Origin: Candidatus Multivorans sp.
GTDB taxonomy: Bacteria > Acidobacteriota > Thermoanaerobaculia > Multivoradales > Multivoraceae
Reading direction: 5' to 3'
Assembly (NCBI GenBank): GCA_965205295.1
Contig: OZ242167.1
Coordinates: forward strand, 2,898,097-2,962,096
Length of the DNA stretch: 64,000 bases
The notes beneath the pieces were generated by a model, which was given only the letters and a program-made list of their open reading frames with translations, ran no database searches and had not been told where the DNA came from. Every line of letters begins with the position of its first letter. Position 1 is the stretch's first letter. Of the stretch, positions 1-7,719 are shown piece after piece. The translations under genes were made by a program, and so were the position numbers.

Positions 1-98
1 GGGGGCTTCGGAGTTGACGCCGGCTGTCTGACGCTGGTCAGCTACAGTTCCCGCGGAGGTTCGACCAGGATCCTGTGATCGCACGCGGTGTCAAGCGG

Positions 99-1691
99 AT
101 GCCGGCACTCGTCACGCTGGCCCTGATGCTCGCCGCGTGCGGGCTTCCAACCGACGAACAGAGCGCTGCCAGGTCGACCGCCCCAGGGGAGACACTCGAC
201 GACGCCGTCGTCGCCAGCCTTCGCGACGAGGGCTTGAAGCGCTCCCAGGTCATGGAGTTCGCCCGCGTTCTGACCGATCTCTACGGCCCCAGGTACGCGA
301 ACTCGCCTTCCTACGACGGCGCCGCGCGCTGGGCCCGGGACACGTTCGAGAGCTTCGACCTCGAGGCGGCGCTCGAACCCTGGGGCGAGTACGGCTACGC
401 CTGGGAGAACCACTACACGTCGGTTCACATCACCGCGCCGCGGTACCAGCCCGTCATCGGCTACGCCCAGCCCGGCGCCCGGGGCACGGGGGGGACGGTC
501 GCCGGGCCGGTGGCCACGCTCGATCTCTCAGCCATCCGCACGCCGAACGACCTGAACGCTCTGCGAGGACGGATCGCGGCATCGATCCTCCTGATCTCGC
601 CCGAGCGGGAACTGCTTCCGAACTTCTCGCCGCAGGCGGTCCGCCTGTCGGACGAGGAACTCGGTGAGATGGCGCGACTCGAGATCGCCGAACTCGCCGA
701 CGACAACGAACCATCAGCGGACGTCGAAGAGCCCGAACCCGAGCTGTCCCGCCACGAGATCGAGACGTTCCTCGAGCAGGAGGGCGTAGCAGTGCTGGTC
801 GAGATTGGCTCGGCCAACGTCGGCCCGATGGACAAGGGGATCGTCCACGTCTCCGGCGACGGCCCGCTGCCGCTCGACGAGCCGGTCCCGATGCCCAGGG
901 TCGTCGTTGCGGCCGAGCACTACAACCGGATGATGCGCCTCCTCGCGGCCGGAACGCCCGTGGAGATGGAGATCGAGGTCCGCAACGTCCTGAGCGCCGA
1001 CGATCCCGTCGACTACAACGTGATCGCGGACCTCGCAGGCGGCGACCTGGCTCACGAAGTCGTGATGATCGGCGGTCACCTCGACGCGGAGCCGGCCGGC
1101 ACCGGCGCCACCGACAACGCGGCCGGCAGCGCGATCGTGATCGAGGCCATGCGGCTGCTGCGGGCACTCGACCTCAAGCCGCGGCGAACGATCCGGGCGG
1201 CGCTCTGGGGCGCGGAAGAGAGCGGCCTGCTGGGTTCGCGCGGCTACGTGCGGGAGCACTTCGGCGACCCGGAGGCCGCCGAGAAGCCGGCCGCGCACGC
1301 GAACCTGTCCGTGTACTTCAACGTCGACTGGTACGGCCGCTTCCGCGGCATCTACCTGCAGGGCAACGACGAGGCGCGACCGATCTTCGAGTCCTGGATG
1401 GCGCCCTTCCACGATGTAGGGGCGTCCTGGATCGTGCCCGGGAACACCTGCTGCACAGACCACATGGCCTTTCTCGAAGCGGGCCTCCAGGGCTTCCAGT
1501 TCATCCAGGACGATCTGGAGTTCTTCAACGCGACCTTCCACACGAACATGGACGTGTACGACCGCCTGGTCGCCGAGGATCTGAAGCAGGGGTCCGTCAT
1601 CCTGGCCAGCTTCGCCTACCATGCCGCGATGCGCGACGGACCGTTCCCGCGCGCGGACGGCCTGGACAACGGACGGCGCTGGCACAAGTAG
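99..1691 (+). CDS. M28 family zinc peptidase (aminopeptidase-like), lipoprotein
   Basis: The ORF is in frame with the GTG at 75; ATG at 99 gives MPALVTLALMLAACG, a lipoprotein-type signal. Carries the M28 metal-ligand block GGHLDAEPAGTGATDNAAGSAIVIEAMRLL. Confidence 0.8.
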   Translation: MPALVTLALMLAACGLPTDEQSAARSTAPGETLDDAVVASLRDEGLKRSQVMEFARVLTDLYGPRYANSPSYDGAARWARDTFESFDLEAALEPWGEYGYAWENHYTSVHITAPRYQPVIGYAQPGARGTGGTVAGPVATLDLSAIRTPNDLNALRGRIAASILLISPERELLPNFSPQAVRLSDEELGEMARLEIAELADDNEPSADVEEPEPELSRHEIETFLEQEGVAVLVEIGSANVGPMDKGIVHVSGDGPLPLDEPVPMPRVVVAAEHYNRMMRLLAAGTPVEMEIEVRNVLSADDPVDYNVIADLAGGDLAHEVVMIGGHLDAEPAGTGATDNAAGSAIVIEAMRLLRALDLKPRRTIRAALWGAEESGLLGSRGYVREHFGDPEAAEKPAAHANLSVYFNVDWYGRFRGIYLQGNDEARPIFESWMAPFHDVGASWIVPGNTCCTDHMAFLEAGLQGFQFIQDDLEFFNATFHTNMDVYDRLVAEDLKQGSVILASFAYHAAMRDGPFPRADGLDNGRRWHK

Positions 1692-1720
1692 CCGCCGGAT
1701 CGCTGAAAGACTCACGAGCC

Positions 1721-2773
1721 ATGGAGTACCGCATCCTGGGACGCACCGGCGTGAAGGTCGCGCCCCTCTGCTTCGGCAGCGACAACTTCGCCGATCCCAC
1801 CCCGGCGCCGGAGTGCGTGCGGATGCTGGAAACCGCCATGGACGCCGGCATCAACCTGATCGACACCGGCGACGTCTACGCCGAGGGCGAAGGCGAGCGG
1901 ATCATCGGCCGGGCACTCAAGAACAACGGCCGGCGACACGAGTTGCTGATCGCCACCAAGGTCGACCACGGGCGCCGTCTCGTGGGCGAGAGCGTGACCG
2001 ACTACACCGGCAGCATCGGCCCCAACGAGTACGGCCACTCGCGCCTCAACCTGATCCGCGCCTGCGAGGGATCGCTCCGCAGGCTGCAGACCGACTACAT
2101 CGACCTCTACCAACTGCACCGCCCGTCGCCCGAGATCCCGTTCGACGAGATCCTGAGAGCGCTCGACGACCTGGTGCGGGCCGGCAAGATCCGCTACATC
2201 GGCTGCTCGACCCACCCGGCCTGGATGGTCGCCGAGGCCGTGATGACGAGCGAACTGAAGGGCTACGCCCGCTTCGTGTGCGAGCAGCCGCCCTACAACC
2301 TGCTCGACCGCCGGATCGAGAACGAGCTCATCCCCGTCTGCCGGCGCCTCGGCCTGGGCGTGATCACCTGGGCGCCGATGGCGATGGGCGTGCTCGCCGG
2401 CCGCTACCTGAGCGACTCGGACTACCCGGAGAACTCACGGGCGGCCCTGCGCGGCGGCTTCTACGCCGACCGCGTCACCCGCGCCGGTATCGAAGTCGGC
2501 CGCGAGTTCGCCCGCATCGCCGCCGACTCGGGGTTGACCCCGGCCCAGCTCGCGATCCTCTGGTCCAAGGACCAGCCGGGCATCACCGCGCCGCTGATCG
2601 GACCGCGCACGCACAAGCACCTGGAGGACCTGTTGCCGGTGCTCGAGATGTCGTTGACCTGTGAGCAGCGGGCGGCCTGCGATGCGCTGGTGCCCCCGGG
2701 CAGCGTCGTCGCCGACTTCCACAACACGGCGGACTGGATGAAGATGACGGTTCTTCCACCAGCCGGGAACTGA
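1721..2773 (+). CDS. aldo/keto reductase (AKR, Tas-like)
   Basis: MEYRILGRTGVKVAPLCFGSDNF, IDTGDVYAEGEGERIIG and the AKR C-terminal region LIGPRTHKHLEDLL are present. A close paralog lies at 32846..33892. Confidence 0.85.
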   Translation: MEYRILGRTGVKVAPLCFGSDNFADPTPAPECVRMLETAMDAGINLIDTGDVYAEGEGERIIGRALKNNGRRHELLIATKVDHGRRLVGESVTDYTGSIGPNEYGHSRLNLIRACEGSLRRLQTDYIDLYQLHRPSPEIPFDEILRALDDLVRAGKIRYIGCSTHPAWMVAEAVMTSELKGYARFVCEQPPYNLLDRRIENELIPVCRRLGLGVITWAPMAMGVLAGRYLSDSDYPENSRAALRGGFYADRVTRAGIEVGREFARIAADSGLTPAQLAILWSKDQPGITAPLIGPRTHKHLEDLLPVLEMSLTCEQRAACDALVPPGSVVADFHNTADWMKMTVLPPAGN

Positions 2774-2852
2774 ATCCGCATGCGCGTCTCGAAACACCCT
2801 CGGCCTTTGATGCAGTTGCCTCTGCCGTAGGCTGAATCCGCATGCGCGTCTC
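2771..2852 (+). repeat. 20-bp perfect direct repeat (TGAATCCGCATGCGCGTCTC) at 2771-2790 and 2833-2852; the second copy contains the start codon of the downstream gene, and the first copy opens a 16-codon upstream ORF
   Basis: Seen directly in the sequence: copy 1 starts at the AKR stop codon, copy 2 spans the ATG at 2842. The uORF at 2780..2830 encodes MRVSKHPRPLMQLPLP. Confidence 0.6.
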
Positions 2853-3906
2853 CAACGTAGTCCACGCCGTCGACACCCACGTCTGCGGCGAGCCCGGACG
2901 GGTGATCGTCGGCGGCGTCCTCGACGTCCCCGGGGCGACGATGTTCGAGAAGATGCGCTACCTCGAAACGGAGGCCGACGAACTCCGGCTGCGCATGCTG
3001 CGCGAGCCGCGCGGCTATCCGGCGGCGAACTGCAACCTGATCCTCCCGGCCACCCATCCCGATGCGGTCGCCGGCTACGTGATCATGGAGCAGGTCGAGT
3101 ACCCCGGCATGTCGGGCACGAACACGATCGCCGTCGCTACCGTGCTGATCGAGACCGGGATGGTGGCGTCAACGGAGCCGCTCACCGAACTCACCCTGGA
3201 GTCGCCCGCCGGCCTGATCCAAGTGCGCGCCGAGGTCGAGCGGGGCAAGGTGAAGCGGGTCGAGTTCAAGAACGTGCCGGCCTTCGCCGTCCATCTCGAC
3301 GCCGAACTCGAAGTGCCGGAACTCGGCAAGGTCACCGTCGATGTCGCCTACGGCGGCATGTTCTACGTCATCGCCGACGCGGATCAGGTCGGCCTCACCC
3401 TGGCGCCCGAGGAAGCCGCCGACGCCGCCCGGGTCGGCGAGATGATCAAGGCCGCCTGCCAGGAGCAGCTTCCCGCGCCCGTCCACCCGCTGAACCCGCA
3501 GATCCGCGGCGTCACGATCGGCCAGCTCTCCGCGCCGCCGCTGACATCAGGCGCCGACCGGCGCAACACGGTCATCGTGTCGACCGGCACGCTCGACTGG
3601 AACAAGCCGCTGACCTGGACCGGGGCGCTCGACCGCTCACCTTGCGGCACCGGCACCTGCGCCAAGATGGCGGCGATGTGGGCCAAGGGCGAGCTGCCGC
3701 TCGGCCAGGACTTCGTCCACGAGGGGATTCTGGGCACGACGTTCACGGGCCGCATGATTCGGGAGACTCGGGTCGGCGACTACGCGGCCGCCGTCCCGAC
3801 GCTGGCGGGGACGGCATGGATTACCGGCTTTGCCCAGTACGTGGTCGACCCGGAAGACCCGTTCCCCAACGGCTTCACGGTCGGCGACATTTGGGGCGGG
3901 CACTAG
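2842..3906 (+). CDS. proline racemase family enzyme (4-hydroxyproline epimerase / trans-3-hydroxy-L-proline dehydratase-like)
   Basis: MRVSNVVHAVDTHVCGEPGRVIVGG N-terminus; the family signature DRSPCGTGTCAKMA (second catalytic Cys position) is present. The first catalytic position appears to be Thr (PGMSGTNT). Confidence 0.8.
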   Translation: MRVSNVVHAVDTHVCGEPGRVIVGGVLDVPGATMFEKMRYLETEADELRLRMLREPRGYPAANCNLILPATHPDAVAGYVIMEQVEYPGMSGTNTIAVATVLIETGMVASTEPLTELTLESPAGLIQVRAEVERGKVKRVEFKNVPAFAVHLDAELEVPELGKVTVDVAYGGMFYVIADADQVGLTLAPEEAADAARVGEMIKAACQEQLPAPVHPLNPQIRGVTIGQLSAPPLTSGADRRNTVIVSTGTLDWNKPLTWTGALDRSPCGTGTCAKMAAMWAKGELPLGQDFVHEGILGTTFTGRMIRETRVGDYAAAVPTLAGTAWITGFAQYVVDPEDPFPNGFTVGDIWGGH

Positions 3907-3944
3907 CGAATGACTTCAGGAGTGAGTTGTCAGGAGGAGAGTTG

Positions 3945-4694
3945 ATGAGCGAAGACAGAGTGATGGTGGTCACCGGGGCCTCGAGCGGCCTCGGCGCCGA
4001 GGTTTCGGAGCACTTCGCGCTCCAGGGCTACCGCGTCGCCATGAACTACCTGATCGAGCCCGAGGCGCAGGCAACCTTCGACCGCATCGCGGCGAAGCTG
4101 GACGACGCCGACCGGCTGATGAAGGTCCAGGCCGACGTCGCCAACCGGGAGCAGGTGCGCGCCATGTTCGACGCCGTGGTCGAGCGGTTCGGGCGGGTCG
4201 ACGTGCTGATCAACTTCGCCGGCATCAACCGCGACGCGCCCTTCGTCGAGATGACGGACGCGATGTGGGACTCGGTCGTCTCCGCGCACCTGCGGGGCCA
4301 CTTCGTCTGCTGCCAGGAGTACGTGTTCCACAACCCGGACCGGCCCGGAGCGATCATCAACCTGGGCGCCGCCTGCGGCCAGATCGGGCGTAAGAACGGA
4401 GCCAACTTCTGCAGCGCCAAGGGCGGCGTGATCGCCCTGACCAAGTGCCTGGCGCAGGAACTGGCGCCGCGAATCCGGGTCAACTGCCTGGTGCCCGGCT
4501 CGGTCCGGACCCGGGAAGTGATCGACCGCTACGACCTGGAGACCGAGCAAGGCCTGGCTAAGGAACTGGCCTCCCTGCCCATGGGGCGGTTGGGCGAGTT
4601 CGAGGACATCACCAGGATGGCCGAATGCATGATCGGCGCCGAGTTCACCACCGGCGCCACGTTCTACGCCAACGGCGGCCAGTACATGCATTGA
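3945..4694 (+). CDS. short-chain dehydrogenase/reductase (SDR)
   Basis: ATG at 3945 is preceded by AGGAGGA at 3932-3938. TGASSGLG Rossmann motif, NAG motif (INFAGIN), and a C-terminal SDR fold. The long 3642 start in the ORF track is rejected. Confidence 0.85.
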   Translation: MSEDRVMVVTGASSGLGAEVSEHFALQGYRVAMNYLIEPEAQATFDRIAAKLDDADRLMKVQADVANREQVRAMFDAVVERFGRVDVLINFAGINRDAPFVEMTDAMWDSVVSAHLRGHFVCCQEYVFHNPDRPGAIINLGAACGQIGRKNGANFCSAKGGVIALTKCLAQELAPRIRVNCLVPGSVRTREVIDRYDLETEQGLAKELASLPMGRLGEFEDITRMAECMIGAEFTTGATFYANGGQYMH

Positions 4695-4708
4695 AGCGCA
4701 CCGCCGCC

Positions 4709-5176
4709 ATGCTCCGCGGCCTGGTCCGCTATCCCCTCGAGGTGGCGGTTTGCACGATCCTGGTCGCTCTGGTCGCGGTGACCTTCTCCCAGGTCGTCTT
4801 CCGCTACGTGCTGGAAGCCTCCCTGTCCTGGTCGGAGGAGCTGGCCCGGTTTCTCCTGATGTGGCTGGCGGCCCTGTCCGCCGCCTACGCGATGAAGACC
4901 GGCGCCCACTTCGCGCTCCGGTTCGTGGTCGACAGGACTCCGCCCAACGTGCAGCGGTGGATCGGCTCCGCGGTCGCGCTCAGCTCGGCCGCCTTCCTTG
5001 CCGTCTTCGCCTACCAGTCGCTCCGCTTCATCATCGAGGTCCACGACATGGTGGCGCCGGCGACGCGCATGTCGATGGCCATCCCGTACTCGTCGGCCTT
5101 TGTCGGCAGCGCGCTGACCCTGTACTACGTGCTCGTGAACTGGCGCCGGGAACTCCGGGCACAGGGACAGGAGTAG
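4709..5176 (+). CDS. TRAP transporter small permease (DctQ-like)
   Basis: Four-TM small hydrophobic protein (LVRYPLEVAVCTILVALVAVTFSQVVFRYVLE) immediately upstream of the DctM-like gene. Start trimmed to the ATG at 4709. Confidence 0.8.
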   Translation: MLRGLVRYPLEVAVCTILVALVAVTFSQVVFRYVLEASLSWSEELARFLLMWLAALSAAYAMKTGAHFALRFVVDRTPPNVQRWIGSAVALSSAAFLAVFAYQSLRFIIEVHDMVAPATRMSMAIPYSSAFVGSALTLYYVLVNWRRELRAQGQE

Positions 5177-5189
5177 GGCGCCGGGAACG

Positions 5190-6470
5190 ATGGGACTCCT
5201 GGTCATCCTCACCCTGGCGGCGGCGCTCCTTCTCGGCGTGCCGGTGGCCATCGCGCTGGCGCTGGCGGCGTTGGTCGGCCTGCTCTACAGTTCGCCGGAG
5301 TTCCTGATCGTCCTGCCGCAGAAGTTCCTGGCCGGTCTCGATTCGTTCCCGCTGCTGGCGGTGCCGCTGTTCGTCCTCGCCGGAGCGTTGATCTCCCACG
5401 GCGGCATGGCGCGCCGGATCGTCGACCTGGCGATGCAGTTCGTCGGCCGCCTCCCGGGCGGTCTCGGCCTGGTCGTCATCCTGTCGACGATGATGTTCTC
5501 CGGCATCTCCGGCTCCCCGAGCGCGAACACCGCCGCGATCGGGTCCGTCGCCCTGCCGGCGATGCGACAGCGGCAGTATCCAGCAGCCTTCGCGACCGCG
5601 GTCTTCGCCTCGGCCGGCGGCGTCTCGACCCTGGTGCCGCCCGCGATCGACCTGATCATCATCGGCGTCGTCTCGGGGATGTCGATCGGCGCCCTGTTCG
5701 CGGCCGGCATCACGCCAGCGATCGTGCTGGGTCTGGCGCTGATGGGCATGACCTACGTCCGCGCGCTCGCACTCAACCTGCCGCTCGAGGCGAAGGCGTC
5801 GTGGCCGCACAGACTCCGCGTGATCCGCAACGGCATCCTGCCGCTGTTCATGATCGCGATCATCCTCGGCGGCATCTACGGCGGCGTGTTCACGCCCACC
5901 GAGGCGTCCGCGGTCGCCGTGGTCTACGGCGCCCTGGTCTCCTTCTTCGTCTACCGGGAACTCAAGCTCGAGGACATCCCGAAGGTCCTGCTGCAGACGG
6001 CCTCGCTCTCCGGCGTCGTCCTGTTCGTGCTGGGGACGGCGTCCATGTTCTCGTTCGTTCTAACCTTCGACCGGCTGCCGCACCTGCTGGCCGAGTTGAT
6101 CACCGCCAACGCGCCCAACTGGATCGTCTTCATCCTCTTCGTCCACCTGATCTTCCTCGTGCTCGGGATGGTCATGGACGCCCTGCCGCCGATCATCATC
6201 CTGATGCCCATCCTGCTGCCGGCGGCGATGGCGCTCGGCATGGATCCGGTCCACTTCGGCATCCTGGTCGCCGCGAACGTCGGCATCGGCATGATCTCGC
6301 CGCCGGTCGGCATCTGCCTGTACGTGGCCTGCGGCATCTCGAAGACGCCGATCGAGAAGGTGACGCCGAAGCTCCTTCCCTTCCTCGCGCTGCTCCTCCT
6401 GATGCTGATGGTGATCACCTTCGTGCCCGGCGTCACGTTGTGGCTGCCGCACGCGCTCGGCTATGAGTGA
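5190..6470 (+). CDS. TRAP transporter large permease (DctM-like)
   Basis: 426-aa polytopic membrane protein with the typical DctM N-terminus MGLLVILTLAAALLLGVPVAIALAL. Overlaps the next gene by 8 nt. Confidence 0.9.
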   Translation: MGLLVILTLAAALLLGVPVAIALALAALVGLLYSSPEFLIVLPQKFLAGLDSFPLLAVPLFVLAGALISHGGMARRIVDLAMQFVGRLPGGLGLVVILSTMMFSGISGSPSANTAAIGSVALPAMRQRQYPAAFATAVFASAGGVSTLVPPAIDLIIIGVVSGMSIGALFAAGITPAIVLGLALMGMTYVRALALNLPLEAKASWPHRLRVIRNGILPLFMIAIILGGIYGGVFTPTEASAVAVVYGALVSFFVYRELKLEDIPKVLLQTASLSGVVLFVLGTASMFSFVLTFDRLPHLLAELITANAPNWIVFILFVHLIFLVLGMVMDALPPIIILMPILLPAAMALGMDPVHFGILVAANVGIGMISPPVGICLYVACGISKTPIEKVTPKLLPFLALLLLMLMVITFVPGVTLWLPHALGYE

Positions 6471-7455
6471 TCCGCGCCGCATCGCGGCATTCCTCGCCGT
6501 CTGCGCTCTCGCCATGCTCGGCAGCGGTTGCCGAGACGACGACGGCGTCACCGTGCTCAAGGTCGCCCACAACGGGCCGGTCGGACACCCGTTCCAGGTC
6601 GGCTTCGAGGAGTTCCGGCGCGTCCTGGAAGACCGCACCGACGGCGCGGTGCAGGTGCAGATCTTCGAGAACGAGCAACTGGGCACCGAGGAAGAGGCCA
6701 CCCTGATGGTCAAGCTGGGAGCGCTGGCCGCTTCCGCCGCGAGCGCCGGCGGCGGCATCTCGGCCTTCGTCCCGGAGGCGGAGATCTTCAACTTCCCCTT
6801 CATCTTCCGCGATCTCGATCACTTCTACCGGGTGCTCGACGGACCGGTCGGCGAGCGCGTGGCCGGCCGAATCGAGGACGAGCTCGATGTCGTCGTGCTC
6901 GGCTACTGGTTCGCCGGCCGCCGCAACGCCTGGAACGCGGAGCGGCCGGTGGTCACGCCGAGCGACTTCGAAGGTCTGAAGATCCGCGTCATCCCGACCC
7001 CGATCCTGGTCGACACCTTCAACGCCCTCGGCGCGCAGGCGACGCCGATGTCGTTCGGCGAGCTCTACTCGGCCCTGGAGCAGGGCGTGGTCGACGGCGC
7101 CGAGACGGACCACGTCGACCTCTACCAGGAGCGCTTCTACGAGGTCACCAAGTACGTGTCCTACACGCGGCACCTCTACCTCGCCGTGGCTCTCATCTTC
7201 AGCCGCAAGCTCTACGACGAGCTGCCGCCGGACGTCCAGGCGGCGGTGGTCGAAGCCGGCAGGGCCTCGACCCGGGTCCAGCGGCTGGCGATGACGTCGA
7301 TGACCGCGTCGGCGCTCGAGGAGTTGCAGAAGCTGGGCCTCGAGTTCAACGAGGTCGATCGCGCCCTGTTCGAGGACGAGGTGCGGCAGGTGTACTTGGA
7401 CAACGCCGCCCGAGTCGGCGGGCTCGAGGCGATCGAGGAGGTCGCCCGGCAGTAG
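6463..7455 (+). CDS. TRAP transporter substrate-binding protein (DctP family)
   Basis: Lipoprotein signal (LAMLGSGCRDD) and the DctP-type region VLKVAHNGPVGHPFQVGFEEFRRVLEDRTDGAVQVQIFENEQLG. Confidence 0.85.
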   Translation: MSDPRRIAAFLAVCALAMLGSGCRDDDGVTVLKVAHNGPVGHPFQVGFEEFRRVLEDRTDGAVQVQIFENEQLGTEEEATLMVKLGALAASAASAGGGISAFVPEAEIFNFPFIFRDLDHFYRVLDGPVGERVAGRIEDELDVVVLGYWFAGRRNAWNAERPVVTPSDFEGLKIRVIPTPILVDTFNALGAQATPMSFGELYSALEQGVVDGAETDHVDLYQERFYEVTKYVSYTRHLYLAVALIFSRKLYDELPPDVQAAVVEAGRASTRVQRLAMTSMTASALEELQKLGLEFNEVDRALFEDEVRQVYLDNAARVGGLEAIEEVARQ

Positions 7456-7485
7456 GCCTGACGGCAACCAAGACCGTCCGCTGCG

Positions 7486-7517
7486 CCGGATGCGGGCAGG
7501 ATGCCCGCGTTCCCAGG
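7486..7517. repeat. REP-like palindromic element copy A (CCGGATGCGGGCAGGATGCCCGCGTTCCCAGG)
   Basis: 7-bp inverted arms GCGGGCA/TGCCCGC around GGA. Intergenic, between dctP and the TonB receptor. One of at least 5 copies. Confidence 0.7.
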
Positions 7518-7578
7518 ATCGGAGCAATGTGCCCTGCCTCGAAGCAACCCGCAACCGCGTCCAACGATCTGAACTTTA

Positions 7579-7607
7579 TTGACCTCCGCCGGCCGCAGCG
7601 CTAACTT
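7579..7607 (+). promoter_or_regulatory. candidate sigma70-type promoter for the TonB-dependent receptor gene (TTGACC - 17 nt - TAACTT)
   Basis: Hexamers and spacer read directly. Followed by a ~112-nt leader and RBS GAAGGAGGA before the ATG at 7720. Confidence 0.3.
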
Positions 7608-7719
7608 CGTTGGAACTTCGAACCCCACGTCCATAGGCATTCCGCTCGGTTAAGGTCAAGCCGACCTGTGAGATAGCACCGTCAAGAGAGTCGGAAGCCC
7701 GAGAAGGAGGAAGGCGCAT

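Noticed and set aside
3642-3944. Long N-terminal extension of the SDR ORF, with its start at 3642.
   Set aside because: The extension is low-complexity and Arg/Gly-rich, and it overlaps the 3' end of the proline-racemase-family gene. An ATG at 3945 with an AGGAGGA RBS gives a canonical SDR N-terminus.
7608-7719. Possible riboswitch in the ~112-nt leader of the TonB-dependent receptor gene (TonB receptors are often cobalamin- or metal-regulated).
   Set aside because: No cobalamin B12-box or other conserved riboswitch core that I recognise. Only a generic structured leader is present.
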